Part shown: positions 1 through 12,865 of the stretch, piece by piece
Layout of the letters: each line of letters starts with the position of its first letter
Numbering within the stretch: the first letter of the stretch is position 1
Source: Octopus sinensis
Taxonomy: Eukaryota
Direction of reading: 5' to 3'
Assembly: GCF_006345805.1 (NCBI RefSeq)
Contig: NC_042998.1
Location: forward strand, 193,874,001 to 193,938,000
Length of the DNA stretch: 64,000 nucleotides
Position numbers and translations under genes: made by a program
Notes under the pieces: model-generated
What the model was told of the DNA's origin: nothing
Seen by the model: only the letters and a program-made list of their open reading frames with translations
Databases searched by the model: none

Positions 1-314
1 ACAAACGGATTAAGTCGATTACATTGACCCCAGTGCGCAACTGGTACTTGATTTATCGACCCCAAAAAGATGAAAGGCAAAGTCGACCTCGGCGGAATTT
101 TGAACTCAGAACGTAGCGGCAGACGAAATACCTATTTCTTTACTACCCACAAGGGGCTAAACACAGAGAGGACAAACAAGGACAGACAAACGGATTAAGT
201 CGATTATATCGACCCCAGTGCGTAGCTGGTACTTATTTAATCGACTCCGAAAGGATGAAAAGCAAAGTTGACCTCGGCGGAATTTGAACTCAGAACGTAG
301 CGGCAGACGAAATA
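1..314 (-). mobile_element. tRNA-type SINE family A (tandem units; extends beyond window start)
   Basis: Shared body gcctttcatcctttcggggtcgat..aagtaccagt..cactggggtcgat and tail tgtccttgtttgtcc..agccccttgtggg. Confidence 0.85.
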
Positions 315-318
315 CCAC

Positions 319-833
319 TAAGCCTTATTCTATCGGTCTCTTTGGCCGAACCGCTAAGGTACGGGGACGTAAACACCAGCATCGGTTGTCAAGCGATGTT
401 GGGGGAACAAACACGGACACACAAACATATACACACATATACATACACGTGTACCGTTGGCGATTTTTTTTCCTCTGTCTTCCCTTCTCTGGATCTTTCT
501 TTCTCCTATGTTTCCGACGAAGAGCTCCGCTCGAAACGTTAAACCCTCCTTCTTCCCTTCTATCCTGAGCGTCCAATAATACTATATTTGTTCCACGTCC
601 TCGCTATGTTGTGTTTTTTTGTGTTTTCTTGTTTGGATTAACTTTATATATATATATTATATATATATATATATATACGACGGGCTTCTTCCAGTTTTTG
701 TCTACCAAATCTACTGACAATCTTTGATCGGCCCGAGGCTATAGGAGAAGACACTTGCCCAAGGTGCCACGCAGTGTGACTGAACCCAGAACCATGTGGT
801 TGGTAAGCAAGCTACTTACCACACAGCCACTCG
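319..833 (-). mobile_element. tRNA/CORE-like SINE family B with internal microsatellite (interrupted)
   Basis: Head ggctgtgtggtaagtagcttgc..ggttcagtcccactgcgtggcaccttgggcaagtgtc; second half cttagcggttcggc..gatagaataag. Confidence 0.8.
452..645 (+). mobile_element. Short Penelope-derived-like element with hammerhead motif, nested in a SINE microsatellite
   Basis: 510-544: GUUU-CCGACGA-A-GAGC UCC GCUC-GAAAC-GUU-AAAC; followed by (TA)n. Confidence 0.55.
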
Positions 834-1560
834 TTTAGTGTATATTATAACTTTACATTGTATAACAGGAGTTCTAACCAATCGAATTTGATATTTTGGG
901 GGGATTTTTGCTGATAGAAAATTTTTTTTAAGTTATCTATGACGAACAATGGATACAAACTCCATTTGCTCTTTTCTTTTTGTTAATAAAGAGAGAAGGA
1001 GATATTTCTGGAGGGGCTAGTATTTGTCATTTTGAGAAGACCATTGCAGACGAATATGTGCTCTTAACATATTGAACCTTTCTAAAACGAATTTAAAAAA
1101 AACAAAGAGCCTTAAACAGTTGTTTCTAGTATACCAGGTTAGACAGTTGACGTGTCGTTAACAACTGTCTTCTCTCTGTTGTATAGGAAACTTCTGATTC
1201 ATAGCTAAATTTTCCTTTGTAATTCAACGTGTTCTATACTTTCAAACAGTTTTAGATGGATTTTTTGATCAAATGCTTTTCAAAAGTCACGAAATATTTT
1301 GTCGTGATTTGGTATCTGCTTCAAGATAATTATGAATTATATTTGAATTATTTCATATTATCACTGCAACAGAGTCTTCGTTCGTCGGAAATGTTACAAG
1401 TTTTTTTTCGCCTTTTTATTTATTTATTTTTTTGTACATGATATTGTTTACTAACGCTTGAAGAAATTCGCTGTTTTTATATAAGGATTATATCACCTAA
1501 ATTACAATTCCAGTTTATGTTGGATGGAGTGGGATTAATATTAGCTTCATGTATAATATA

Positions 1561-1602
<42 letters not shown>

Positions 1603-1785
1603 ATCTATGGGATTACTTAGTACAGTTTTGAAGTATAAAGGTGATTTTTTTTTAAATTATTTTTCAAAGATATGTTATGAAATCTTACATCAAGACGTTA
1701 TTAACCTTTTTGGGAAGACGAATTTTCTAGTGTGTGAGCACTTCCTTTAACCTTTCCAAACACCACACACACATATATATATATA

Positions 1786-1826
<41 letters not shown>

Positions 1827-1830
<4 letters not shown>

Positions 1831-4265
1831 GAAATATTAAAATAACTAAGTCTCTCTAAAAGAGAACAGCGGCAGCGTTCCCGGAAAATAATTAGTTATC
1901 GCCATACTAATATGGCATTCTTATAAAAATAAGAAAAAAGCTGTCCGCTTATTAGCTCCATGAGGCCATCGCCTTGAGTTAGCTATTTGATACACAAACT
2001 GTATCCATATAACTTCGAACAAGGGAGGTCAGTCGCTTCCACACTACTTGACCGGCAGCTACAGACGCGTTTCGGAGTATTGCCCCTTTTCAATGCAGCG
2101 TAGTCAGCCAGTAGGTGTCGCTTCCGACAATCTCTGTTCGATGGTTTTATTTACCTAGTTTCGGTGGAATATCCACTTGTTTTCAATAATAGAAATATTA
2201 AAATACTAAGTCTCTCTAAAAGAGAACAGCGGCAGCGTTCCCGGAAAATAATAGTTATCGCCATACTAATATGGCATTCTTATAAAAATAAGAAAAAAGC
2301 TGTCCGCTTATTAGCTCCATGAGCCATCGCCTTAAGTTAGCTATTTGATACACAAACTGTATCCATATAACCTTCGAACAGGGAGGTCAGTCGCTCCACA
2401 CTACTTGACCGGCAGCTACAGACGCGTTTCGGAGTATTGCCCCTTTTCAAAGCAGCGTAGCCAGCCAGTAGGTGTCGCTTCCGACAATCTCTGTTCGATG
2501 GTTTTATTTACCTAGTTTCGGTGGAATACATCCACTGTTTTCAATAATAGAAATATTAAAATAACTAAGTCTCTCTAAAAGAGAACAGCGGCAGCGTTCC
2601 CGGAAAATAATAGTTATCGCCATACTAATATGGCATTCTTATAAAAATAAGAAAAAAGCTGTCCGCTTATTAGCTCCATGAGGCCATCGCCTAAGCTCCA
2701 TGAGGTTATATGGATACAGTTTGTGTATCAATAGCTAACTAAGGCGATGGCCTCATGGAGCTAATAAGCGGACAGCTTTTTTCTTATTTTTATAAGAATG
2801 CCATATTAGTATGGCGATAACTATTATTTTCCGGGAACGCTGCCGCTGTTCTCTTTTAGAGAGACTTAGTTATTTTAATATTTCTATTATTGAAAACAAG
2901 TGGATGTATTCCACCGAAACTAGGTAAATAAAACCATCGAACAGAGATTGTCGGAAGCGACACCTACTGGCTGGCTACGCTGCATTGAAAAGGGGCAATA
3001 CTCCGAAACGCGTCTGTAGCTGCCGGTCAAGTAGTGTGGAGCGACTGACCTCCCTTGTTCAAAGGTTATATGGATACAGTTTGTGTATCAAATAGCTAAC
3101 TTAAGGCGATGGCCTCATGGAGCTAATAAGCGGACAGCTTTTTCTTATTTTTATAAGAATGCCATATTAGTATGGCGATAACTATTATTTTCCGGGAACG
3201 CTGCCGCTGTTCTCTTTTAGAGAGACTTAGTTATTTTAATATTTCTATTATTGAAAACAAGTGGATGTATTCCACCGAAACTAGGTAAATAAAACCATCG
3301 AACAGAGATTGTCGGAAGAGACACCTACTGGCTGGCTACGCTGCATTGAAAAGGGGCAATACTCCGAAACGCGTCTGTAGCTGCGGTCAAGTAGTGTGGA
3401 GCGACTGACCTCCCTTGTTCGAAGGTTATATGGATACAGTTTGTGTATCAAATAGCTAACTTAAGGCGATGGCCTCATGGAGCTAATAAGCGGACAGCTT
3501 TTTTCTTATTTTTATAAGAATGCCATATTAGTATGGCGATAACTATTATTTTCCGGGAACGCTGCCGCTGTTCTCTTTTAGAGAGACTTAGTTATTTTAA
3601 TATTTCTATTATTGAAAACAGTGGATGTATTCCACCGAAACTAGTAAATAAAACCATCGAACAGAGATTGTCGGAAGCGACACCTACTGGCTGGCTACGC
3701 TGCATTGAAAAGGGGCAATACTCCGAAACGCGTCTGTAGCTGCCGGTCAAGTAGTGTGGAGCGACTGACCTCCCTTGTTCAAAGGTTATATGGATACAGT
3801 TTGTGTATCAAATAGCTAACTTAGGCGATGGCCTCATGAGCTAATAAGCGGACAGCTTTTTTCTTATTTTTATAAGAATGCCATATTAGTATGGCGATAA
3901 CTATTATTTTCCGGGAACGCTGCCGCTGTTCTCTTTTAGAGAGACTTAGTTATTTTAATATTTCTATTATTGAAACAAGTGGATGTATTCCACCGAAACT
4001 AGGTAAATAAAACCATCGAACAGAGATTGTCGGAAGAGAGACACCTACTGGCTGGCTACGCTGCATTGAAAAGGGGCAATACTCCGAAACGCGTCTGTAG
4101 CTGCGGTCAAGTAGTGTGGAGCGACTGACCTCCCTTGTTCGAAGGTTATATGGATACAGTTGTGTATCAAATAGCTAACTTAAGGCGATGGCCTCATGGA
4201 GCTAATAAGCGGACAGCTTTTTCTTATTTTTATAAGAATGCCATATTAGTATGGCGATAACTATT

Positions 4266-4267
<2 letters not shown>
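1827..4267. repeat. ~360-bp tandem array (about 6.7 units) with internal inversion; retrozyme/Penelope-LTR-like
   Basis: Units start at about 1827, 2188 and 2546 in one orientation. They flip at ~2700 and recur at about 2703, 3064, 3424, 3784 and 4144 in the other. Both ends abut (TA)n. Confidence 0.9.
2974..3020 (+). ncRNA. Minimal type I hammerhead-ribozyme-like motif (one per array unit)
   Basis: Stem I GCUACG:UGUAGC; core CUGCAUUGA; stem II GGGG:CUCC; GAAAC-GC-GUC with an ACGCGU palindrome. The core is non-canonical (consensus CUGANGA). Confidence 0.5.
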
Positions 4268-4296
<29 letters not shown>

Positions 4297-4654
4297 TAAC
4301 AATAATTCTAGGATAGAATTTATAAGTATTTAATACATTGCTACGCACATTTCCACAAATTACATGATTTTGACATCAGAGTCGGTTTCCTTGGGATAAA
4401 TGTTTATAAATTCCATGCTAGAAATATTGTCATTATTATATTTATCCTGCATTTTATCGTTATAACCATGATGCAACCCCGAAAAACTAACTTACTAGTC
4501 AGTATTTGTAGACATTAGCCGGCATACTGTAATAGGAGCTTTATTTGTATACCCCTAACGTTGCCCTAAACGAATACATAAACATATATATATATGACCG
4601 CAGCCACATGAGAGAAATAAATAAAAGAATAAAATAATATATGTATGTATATAC

Positions 4655-4780
4655 ATATGTGTGTGTGTGTGTCTGTGTGTCTGTGTGTGTCTGTGTCTGT
4701 ATGTGTGTGTCTGTGTGTGTGTGTGTCTGTGTGTGTGTCTGTGTGTGTCTGTGTGTCTGTGTGTGTGTGTCTGTGTGTGT

Positions 4781-4817
<37 letters not shown>

Positions 4818-4835
4818 TGTGTCTGTGTGTGTATG
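4655..4835. repeat. (GT)/(GTCT) microsatellite
   Basis: Direct reading. Confidence 0.95.
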
Positions 4836-4841
4836 CATATG

Positions 4842-5210
4842 TCTATATACTATGAAAAATGAACTTCAATCTTGCTTGCTTGCTTGGAATGTTACACAAC
4901 CAAACCGGTGCATAATGGGAAAATACTTTGAAAGTAAAGTGCCCCTGAAATGTGAATACAAACGGAACCTTTCTAAAACGAATTAAAAAACAAAGAACCT
5001 TAAACAGTTGTTTCTAGTATACCGGGTTAGATACCAAGTTTCGCGTAAATCGGACCACTGGTTTTTGAGATATGGGGTGGGGTATAAATACCCAAAACGG
5101 TGCATAATGAGAAAATACTCCGAAAATAACTCAACCCTGAAAGTGAAGAAATTCTAACCTTTCGATTAGACACATATGTTGGGCAAAAGTCTAAGTGACT
5201 TTAACTTGCC
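4842..5210 (+). mobile_element. Helitron-like non-autonomous segment
   Basis: Starts tctatatactat and contains accaagtttcgcgtaaatcgg. Internal duplication 4899-4955 vs 5091-5147; 4966-5030 is also found at 1075-1142. Confidence 0.3.
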
Positions 5211-5465
5211 AACGAAAAAGTACGAGTTGTTTTTACAGTAAATGTTTCTATTTTCGCTTTTGTTAAACACAATATTTTAATCATTTAGAAATATTTTAAG
5301 AGAATGTGATTTCAAAAATGTACATTGTTTGTGCAGTAAGTATTTATATTTTAGCTTTCTTTAAATGACAATATTTTTTTTTTATTTTCAAGTTAATACC
5401 ATTACAAAAATTTCTTTTGGCATAGTTAAAAAGTATTTTCAAGTGAAAATTACTTTAAAAATACG

Positions 5466-5948
5466 GTAAATATTTCATAAAAGACACGTTCGTAACTTCA
5501 GTGGGAAATAATTTTTTTGTATAGGTTTTTTTCGAGTGCATTCAACGTATCTCACCTTCAAATATTTGGCTGCTATTTCTAGCACGTCCTGCTACCACGT
5601 AATAAATATTTGCGATAAAAGACCCGAAATAACCGTTACGTGGTAACAGAGCGTGCAAGAAATAGCAGCCAAATGTTTCCTTTTCTGGGGAAAGGAGCCG
5701 TTTACGCGTAATTTCGATGTCCCATTCGTTGAAAGCATGCGAAATTACCAGGAAGAGAAAAAAAACACGAAACAAAACTCCGTTGGTGGGAAACTCAGAG
5801 GTCCCCACCACGCCTTCCCCTTTCTTTTTCGGAAGAAAGTGGTTTTCAGTGGGTTTGGAGGTGAGTTAACGTTGAATGCACTCGAAAAAACCTGTGGAAA
5901 AAATTATTTCACACCGAAATACGAACGGGTCCTTTACGAAATATTTAC
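5466..5948. mobile_element. Foldback/MITE-like element with ~90-bp inverted repeats and an internal hairpin
   Basis: 5466-5556 is the reverse complement of 5860-5948; inner ~40-bp stem at 5564-5674. Confidence 0.6.
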
Positions 5949-6165
5949 TCAAGATCGGGACAGGCATGCGAATAGAAGGGTCGATGAGATTGATAAAGCA
6001 AGGTCTGAGTGTCTGGCGGAACAGAGGGAAAGAGAGAGAAGCAGCAAGATCAGGAATCGGACGCTCGGAGAGCTGAACATCTGGCGAAACAGAAGGAAAA
6101 AGACAAAAACAGCAGACGTCACGAATCGGATGCTCATGTGGGCGATTAGAAACGGTAGAGTGCCG
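5949..6165 (+). pseudogene. Frameshifted coding remnant resembling Helitron Rep-helicase N-terminal repeats
   Basis: Two frames give ARSECLAEQRERERS and QESDARRAEHLAKQKEKDKNSRRHESDA, resembling the ET..QR..RL..QR repeat type. Confidence 0.35.
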
Positions 6166-6167
6166 AA

Positions 6168-9100
6168 CTTGATATTTTGTGGTACATAGTTATGCTTCTC
6201 TGGGTTCTTGATATTTTGTGGTACATAGTTATGCTTCTCAGGGTTCTTGATATTTTGTGGTACATAGTTATGCTTCTCAGCGTTCTTGATATTTTGTGGT
6301 ACATAGTTATGCTTCTCAGGGTTCTTGATATTTTGAGGTACATAGTTATGCTTCTCAGGGTTCTTGATATTTTGGTGGTACATAGTTATGCTTCTCAGGG
6401 TTCTTGATATTTTGTGGTACTAGTTATGCTTCTCAGGGTTCTTGATATTTTGTGGTACATAGTTATGCTTCTCAGCGTTCTTGATATTTTGTGGTACATA
6501 GTTATGCTTCTCAGGGTTCTGATATTGTGTGGTACATAGTTATGCTTTCTGGGTTCTTGATATTTTGTGGTACATAGTTATGCTTCTCAGGGTTCTTGAT
6601 ATTTTGTGGTACATAGTTATGCTTCTCAGGGTTCTTGATATTTTGTGGTACATAGTTATGCTTCTCTGGGTTCTTGATATTTTGTGGTACATAGTTATGC
6701 TTCTCTGGGTTCTTGATATTTTGTGGTACATAGTTATGCTTCTCAGGGTTCTTGATATTTTGTGGTACATAGTTATGCTTCTCAGCGTTCTTGATATTTT
6801 GAGGTACATAGTTATGCTTCTCAGGGTTCTTGATATTTTGTGGTACATAGTTATGCTTCTCAGGGTTCTTGATATTTTGTGGTACATAGTTATGCTTCTC
6901 AGGGTTCTTGATATTTTGTGGTACATAGTTATGCTTCTCAGCGTTCTTGATATTTTGTGGTACATAGTTATGCTTCTCAGGGTTCTTGATATTTTGTGGT
7001 ACATAGTTATGCTTCTCTGGGTTCTTGATATTTTGTGGTACATAGTTATGCTTCTCAGGGTTCTTGATATTTTGTGGTACATAGTTATGCTTCTCTGGGT
7101 TCTTGATATTTTGTGGTACATAGTTATGCTTCTCTGGGTTCTTGATATTTTGTGGTACATAGTTATGCTTCTCTGGGTTCTTGATATTTTGTGGTACATA
7201 GTTATGCTTCTCAGGGTTCTTGATATTTTGTGGTACATAGTTATGCTTCTCAGCGTTCTTGATATTTTGTGGTACATAGTTATGCTTCTCTGGGTTCTTG
7301 ATATTTTGTGGTACATAGTTATGCTTCTCTGGGTTCTTGATATTTTGTGGTACATAGTTATGCTTCTCAGCGTTCTTGATATTTTGTGGTACATAGTTAT
7401 GCTTCTCAGGGTTCTTGATATTTTGAGGTACATAGTTATGCTTCTCAGGGTTCTTGATATTTTGTGGTACATAGTTATGCTTCTCAGGGTTCTTGATATT
7501 TTGTGGTACATAGTTATGCTTCTCAGGGTTCTTGATATTTTGTGGTACATAGTTATGCTTCTCAGCGTTCTTGATATTTTTTTGGTACATAGTTATGCTT
7601 CTCAGGGTTCTTGATATTTTGAGGTACATAGTTATGCTTCTCAGGGTTCTTGATATTTTGTGGTACATAGTTATGCTTCTCAGGGTCTTGATATTTTGTG
7701 GTACATAGTTATGTCTCCAGTTCTTGATATTTTGTGGTTTGGTACATAGGTGTAGCTTCTCAGGGTTCTTGGATATTTTGAGGTAATAGTTATGCTTCTC
7801 AGGGTTCTTGATATTTTGTGGTACATAGTTATGCTTCTCAGGGTTCTGATTTTTTGTGGACATAGTTATGCTTCTCAGGGTTCTTGATATTTTGTGGGTA
7901 CATAGTTATGCTTCTCAGCGTTCTGATATTTTGTGGTACATAGTTATGCTTCTCAGGGTTCTTGATATTTTGTGGTACATAGTTATGCTTCTCTGGGTTC
8001 TTGATTTTTGTGGTACATAGTTATGCTTCTCAGGGTTCTTGATATTTTGTGGTACATAGTTATTTCTCTTCTGGGTTCTTGATATTGTGTGGCATAGTTA
8101 TGTTTCTCTGGGTTCTTGATATTTGTGGTACATAGTTATGCTTCTCTGGGTTCTTGATATTTTGTCGGTACCAGTTATGCTTCTAGGGTTCTTGATATTT
8201 TGTGGTACATAGTTATGCTTCTCAGCGTTCTTGATATTTTGTGTGGTACGTTATGCTTCTCAGGGTTCTTGATATTTGTGGTACATAGGTTATGCTTCTC
8301 TGGGTTCTTGATATTTTGTGGTACATAGTTATGCTTCTCTGGGTTCTTGATATTTTGTGTGGTACATAGTTGTTGCTTCTGTGGTTCTTGATATTTTGTG
8401 GTACATAGTTATGCTCTTGGGTTCTTGATATTTTGTGGTACATAGTTATGCTTCTCAGGGTTCGTGATATTTTGTGGTACATAGTTATGCTTCTCAGCGT
8501 TCTTGATATGTTGTTGGTACTTTGGTAGTTATGCTTCTCAGGGTTCTGATATTTTGTGGTACATAGTTATGCTTCTCTGGGTTCTTGATATTTTGTGGTA
8601 CATAGTTAGGCTTCTCAGCGTTCTTGATATTTTGGGGTACATAGTTATGCTTTCAGGGTCTTGATATTTTGAGGTACATAGTTATGCTTCTCAGGGTTCT
8701 TGATATTTGTGGTACATAGTTATGCTTCTCAGGGTTCTTGATATTTTTGGTACGGTAATAGTTATGCTTCTCAGGGTTTGCTTATTTTTGTGGTACATAG
8801 TTATGTTCTCAGCGTTCTGATATTTTGTCGGTACATAGTTTGCTTCTCTGGTGTTCTTGATATTTTGTGTGGGACATAGTTAGCTTCTCTGGGTTCTTGA
8901 TATTTTGTGGTACATAGTTATGCTTCTCTGGGTTCTTGATATTTTGTGGTACATAGTTATGCTTCTCAGGGTTCTTGATATTTTGTGGTACATAGTTATG
9001 CTTCTCAGCGTTCGTGATATTTGTTGTGGACATAGTTATGCTTCTCAGGTTCTTGATATTTTGTGGTACATAGTTAGCTTCTCTGGGTCTTGATATTTTG

Positions 9101-11855
9101 TGGTACATAGTTATGCTTCTCAGCGTTCTTGATATTTTGTGGTACATAGTTATGCTTCTCAGGGTTCTGATATTTTGAGGTACATAGTTATGCTTCTCAG
9201 GGTTCTTGATTTTTGTGGTACATAGTTTACCCTTCTCAGGGTTCTTGATATTTGTGGTAACATAGTTATGCTTCTCAGGGTTCTTGATATTTTGTGGTAC
9301 ATAGTTATGCTTCTCAGCGTTCTTGATATTTTGTGGTACATAGTTATGCTTCTCAGGGTGGGTTCTTGATATTTTGAGGTACATAGGTATGCTTCTCAGG
9401 GGTTTTGATATTTTGTGGTACATAGTTATGCTTCTCAGGGTTCTTGATATTTTGTGGGTACATAGTATGCTTCTCAGGGTTCTTGATATTTTGTGGTACA
9501 TAGTTATGCTTCTCAGCGTTCTTGATATTTGTGGTACATAGTTATGCTTCTCAGGGTTCTTGATATTTTGTGGTACATAGTTATGCTTCTCTGGGTTCTT
9601 GATATTTTTGTGGTGTACATAGTTATGCTTCTCAGGGTTCTTGATATTTTGTGGTACATAGTTATGCTTCTCGGGTTCTTGATATTTTGTGGTACTAGTT
9701 ATGCTTCTCTGGGTTCTTGATATTTTGTGGTAATAGTATGTTTCTGGGTTCTTGATATTTTGTGGTACATAGTTATGCTTCTCAGGGTTCTTGATATTTT
9801 GGTTTACATAGTTATGCTTCTCAGCGTTCTTGATATTTTGTGGTACATAGTTATGCTTCTAGGGTTCTTGATATTTTGTTGGTACATAGTTATGCTTCTC
9901 GGGTTCTTGATATTTTGTGGTACATAGTTATGTTCTCTGGGTTCTTGATATTTTGTTGGTACATAGTTATGCTTCTCAGTTCTGATTTCTTGTTCTTATT
10001 TTGTGGTACATAGTATGCTTCTCAGGGTTCTTGATATCTTGTGGTCTAGTTATGCTTCTCAGGGTTCTGATATGTTTTGTGGTACATAGTTTGATTCTTC
10101 AGGGTTCTTGATATTTTGTGGTACATAGTTATGCTTCTCAGGGTTCTTGATATTTTGTGGTACATAGTTATGCTTCTCAGGGTTCTTGATATTTTGGGTA
10201 CATAGTTATGCTTCTCTGGGTCTTGATATTTTGTGGTACATAGTTATGCTTCTCAGGGTTCTGATATTTTGTGGTACATAGTTATGCTTCTCAGGCGTTC
10301 TTGATATTTTGGTACATGGTACATAGTTATGCTTCTCAGGAGTTCTTGATATTTTGTGGTAGGGATAGCTATGCTTTCAGGGTTCTTGATATTTGTGGTA
10401 CATTAGTTATGCTTCTCAGGGGTTCTTCGATTTTGTTGTGTGGTACATAGTTATGCTTCTCTGGGTTCTTGATATTTTGTGGTACATAGTTATGCTTCTC
10501 AGGGTTCTTGATATTTTGTGGTACACTAGTTATGCTTCTCAGCGTTCTTGATATTTTGTGGTACATAGTTATGCTTCTCAGGTTTCTTGATTTTTGAGGT
10601 ACATAGTTATGCTTCTCAGGGTTCTTGATATTTTGTGGTACATAGTTATGCTTCTCAGGGTTCTTGATATTTTGTGGTACATAGTTATGCTTCTCAGGGT
10701 TCTTGATATTTTGTGGTACATAGTTATGCTTCTCAGCGTTCTTGATATTTTGTGGTACATAGTTATGCTTCTCAGGGTTCTTGATATTTTGTGGTACATA
10801 GTTATGCTTCTCTGGGTTCTTGATATTTTGTGGTACATAGTTATGCTTCTCAGGGTTCTTGATATTTTGTGGTACATAGTTATGCTTCTCTGGGTTCTTG
10901 ATATTTTGTGGGTACATAGTTATGCTTCTCTGGGTTCTTGATATTTTGTGGTACATAGTTATGGGTTCTTGATATTTTGTGGTACATAGTTATGCTTCTC
11001 AGGGTTCTTGATATTTTGTGGTACATAGTTATGCTTCTCAGCGTTCTTGATATTTTGTGGTACATAGTTATGCTTCTCAGGGTTCTTGATATTTTGTGGT
11101 ACATAGTTATGCTTCTCAGGGTTCTTGATATTTTTACATAGTTTTTTTTTTATTTTTAGGTACATAGTTATGCTTCTCTGGGTTCTTGATATTTTGTGGT
11201 ACATAGTTATGCTTCTCAGGGTTCTTGATATTTTGTGGTACATAGTTATGCTTCTCAGGGTTCTTGATATTTTGTGGTACATAGTTATGCTTCTCAGGGT
11301 TCTTGATATTTTGTGGTACATAGTTATGCTTCTCAGGGTTCTTGATATTTTGTGGTACATATTATGCTTCTCAGGTTCTTGATATTTGTGGTACATAGTT
11401 ATGCTTCTCAGCGTTCTTGATATTTTGGTACAGGTACATAGTTATGCTTCTCAGCGTTCTTGATATTTTGTGGTACATAGTTATGCTTCTCAGAGGTTCT
11501 TGATATTTTGTGTGGTACATAGTTATGCTTCTCAGGGTCTTGATATTTGTTTGTGGTACATAGTTATGCTTCTCAGCGTTCTTGATATTTGTGGTACATA
11601 GTATGCTTCTCAGGGTTCTTGATTATTTTGTGGTACATAGCTATGCTTCTCAGGGTTCTTGATATTTTGTGGTACATAGTTATGCTTCTCAGGGTTCTTG
11701 ATATTTTGTGGTACATAGTTATGCTTCTCAGGGTTCTTGATATTTTGTGGTACATAGTTATGCTTCTCAGGGTTCTTGATATTTTGTGGTACATAGTTAT
11801 GCTTCTCAGGGTTCTTGATATTTTGTGGTACATAGTTATGCTTCTCAGGGTTCTT
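6168..11855. repeat. 39-bp minisatellite, roughly 146 copies
   Basis: Unit cttgatattttgtggtacatagttatgcttctcagggtt, with recurrent variants (cagg/cagc/ctgg; gtgg/gagg). It generates the PQNIKNPEKHNYV-type ORFs. Confidence 0.98.
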
Positions 11856-12023
11856 AATCAAACTCATACTATAACTTACTTTGCCTTTCCGTCCTTCACA
11901 GCCGATAAAAAAGGTATCAGCAAGTTACTAGAGGTCACTTAGTAGACTATACTCTTTCCTTAAAAAATTATAATCTTGTGTTGAAAATTATAAATTTATG
12001 CTTCAGTATTTTGTTTATGTCAA

Positions 12024-12865
12024 GGCGTCGAGCTGGCAGAACGGTTAGCACGCCGGGCGAAATGCTTAGTGGTATTTCGTCAGCCGCTACGTTCTGAGTT
12101 CAAATTCCGCCGAAGTCGACATTGCCTTTCATCCTTTCGGGGTCGATTAAATAAGTACCAGTTACGCACTTGGGTCGATATAATCGACTTGATCCGTTTG
12201 TCTGTCCTTGTTTGTCCCCTCTGTGTTTAGCCTCTTGTGGGTAGTAAAGAAATAAGTATTTCGTCTTCCGCTACGTTCTGAGTTCAAATTCCGCCGAAGT
12301 CGACATTGCCTTTCATCCTTTCGGGGTCGATTAAATAAGTACCAGTTACGCACTGGGATCGATATAATCGACTTGATCCGTTTGTCTGTCTTTGTTTGTC
12401 CCCTCTGTGTGTAGCCCCACGTGGGCAGTAAAGAAATAAGAATCGTTACCGCGTCGGGTTAAATGCTTAATGGCATTTCGTCCGTCCTTACATTCTGAGA
12501 TCAAATTGTGCCGAAGTCGACTTTGTCTTTCATCCACTCGGTTTCGATAAAATAAGTACCATTTGAATACTGGGGTCGATGTAATCAACTAGTCCCCTAC
12601 CCAAAAATTTTAGGCCTTGTGCCTATAATAGAAAGTACTATTGGTCAACATAAAGGTGGGAATCTGGAAGAATTGTTAGCAAGCCAGACAAAATGCTTAG
12701 CAGCATTTCGTCCGTTTTTACGTTTTGAGTTTAAATTCCACCGAAATCCACTGTGCCTTTCATCCTTTCAAGATCGATAAAATAAGTACCAGTGAACAAC
12801 TGGGGCCGATGTAATCGGCTGACCTCCTTTTTCCGAAACTACTGGCCTTGTGCCAAAATTTTTCA
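12024..12865 (+). mobile_element. Stack of SINE family A units and alternative-tail variants
   Basis: Head ggcgtcgagctggcag, two tailed units, then two variants ending ggccttgtgcc. Confidence 0.85.

Noticed and set aside
5653-6189. 178-aa ORF as a gene
   Set aside because: It crosses an inverted-repeat arm, a frameshifted remnant and the minisatellite start, with no coherent domain.
6168-11855. CRISPR-like array
   Set aside because: No unique spacers, eukaryotic context, no cas genes.
6146-11942. Long ORFs (up to 450 aa) of PQNIKNPEKHNYV, MYHKISRTLRSIT and WYIVMLLRVLDIL repeats
   Set aside because: By-products of a stop-free 39-bp unit; open on both strands and in several frames. Breaks in the middle of the array (about 7700-10600) look like long-read indel noise.
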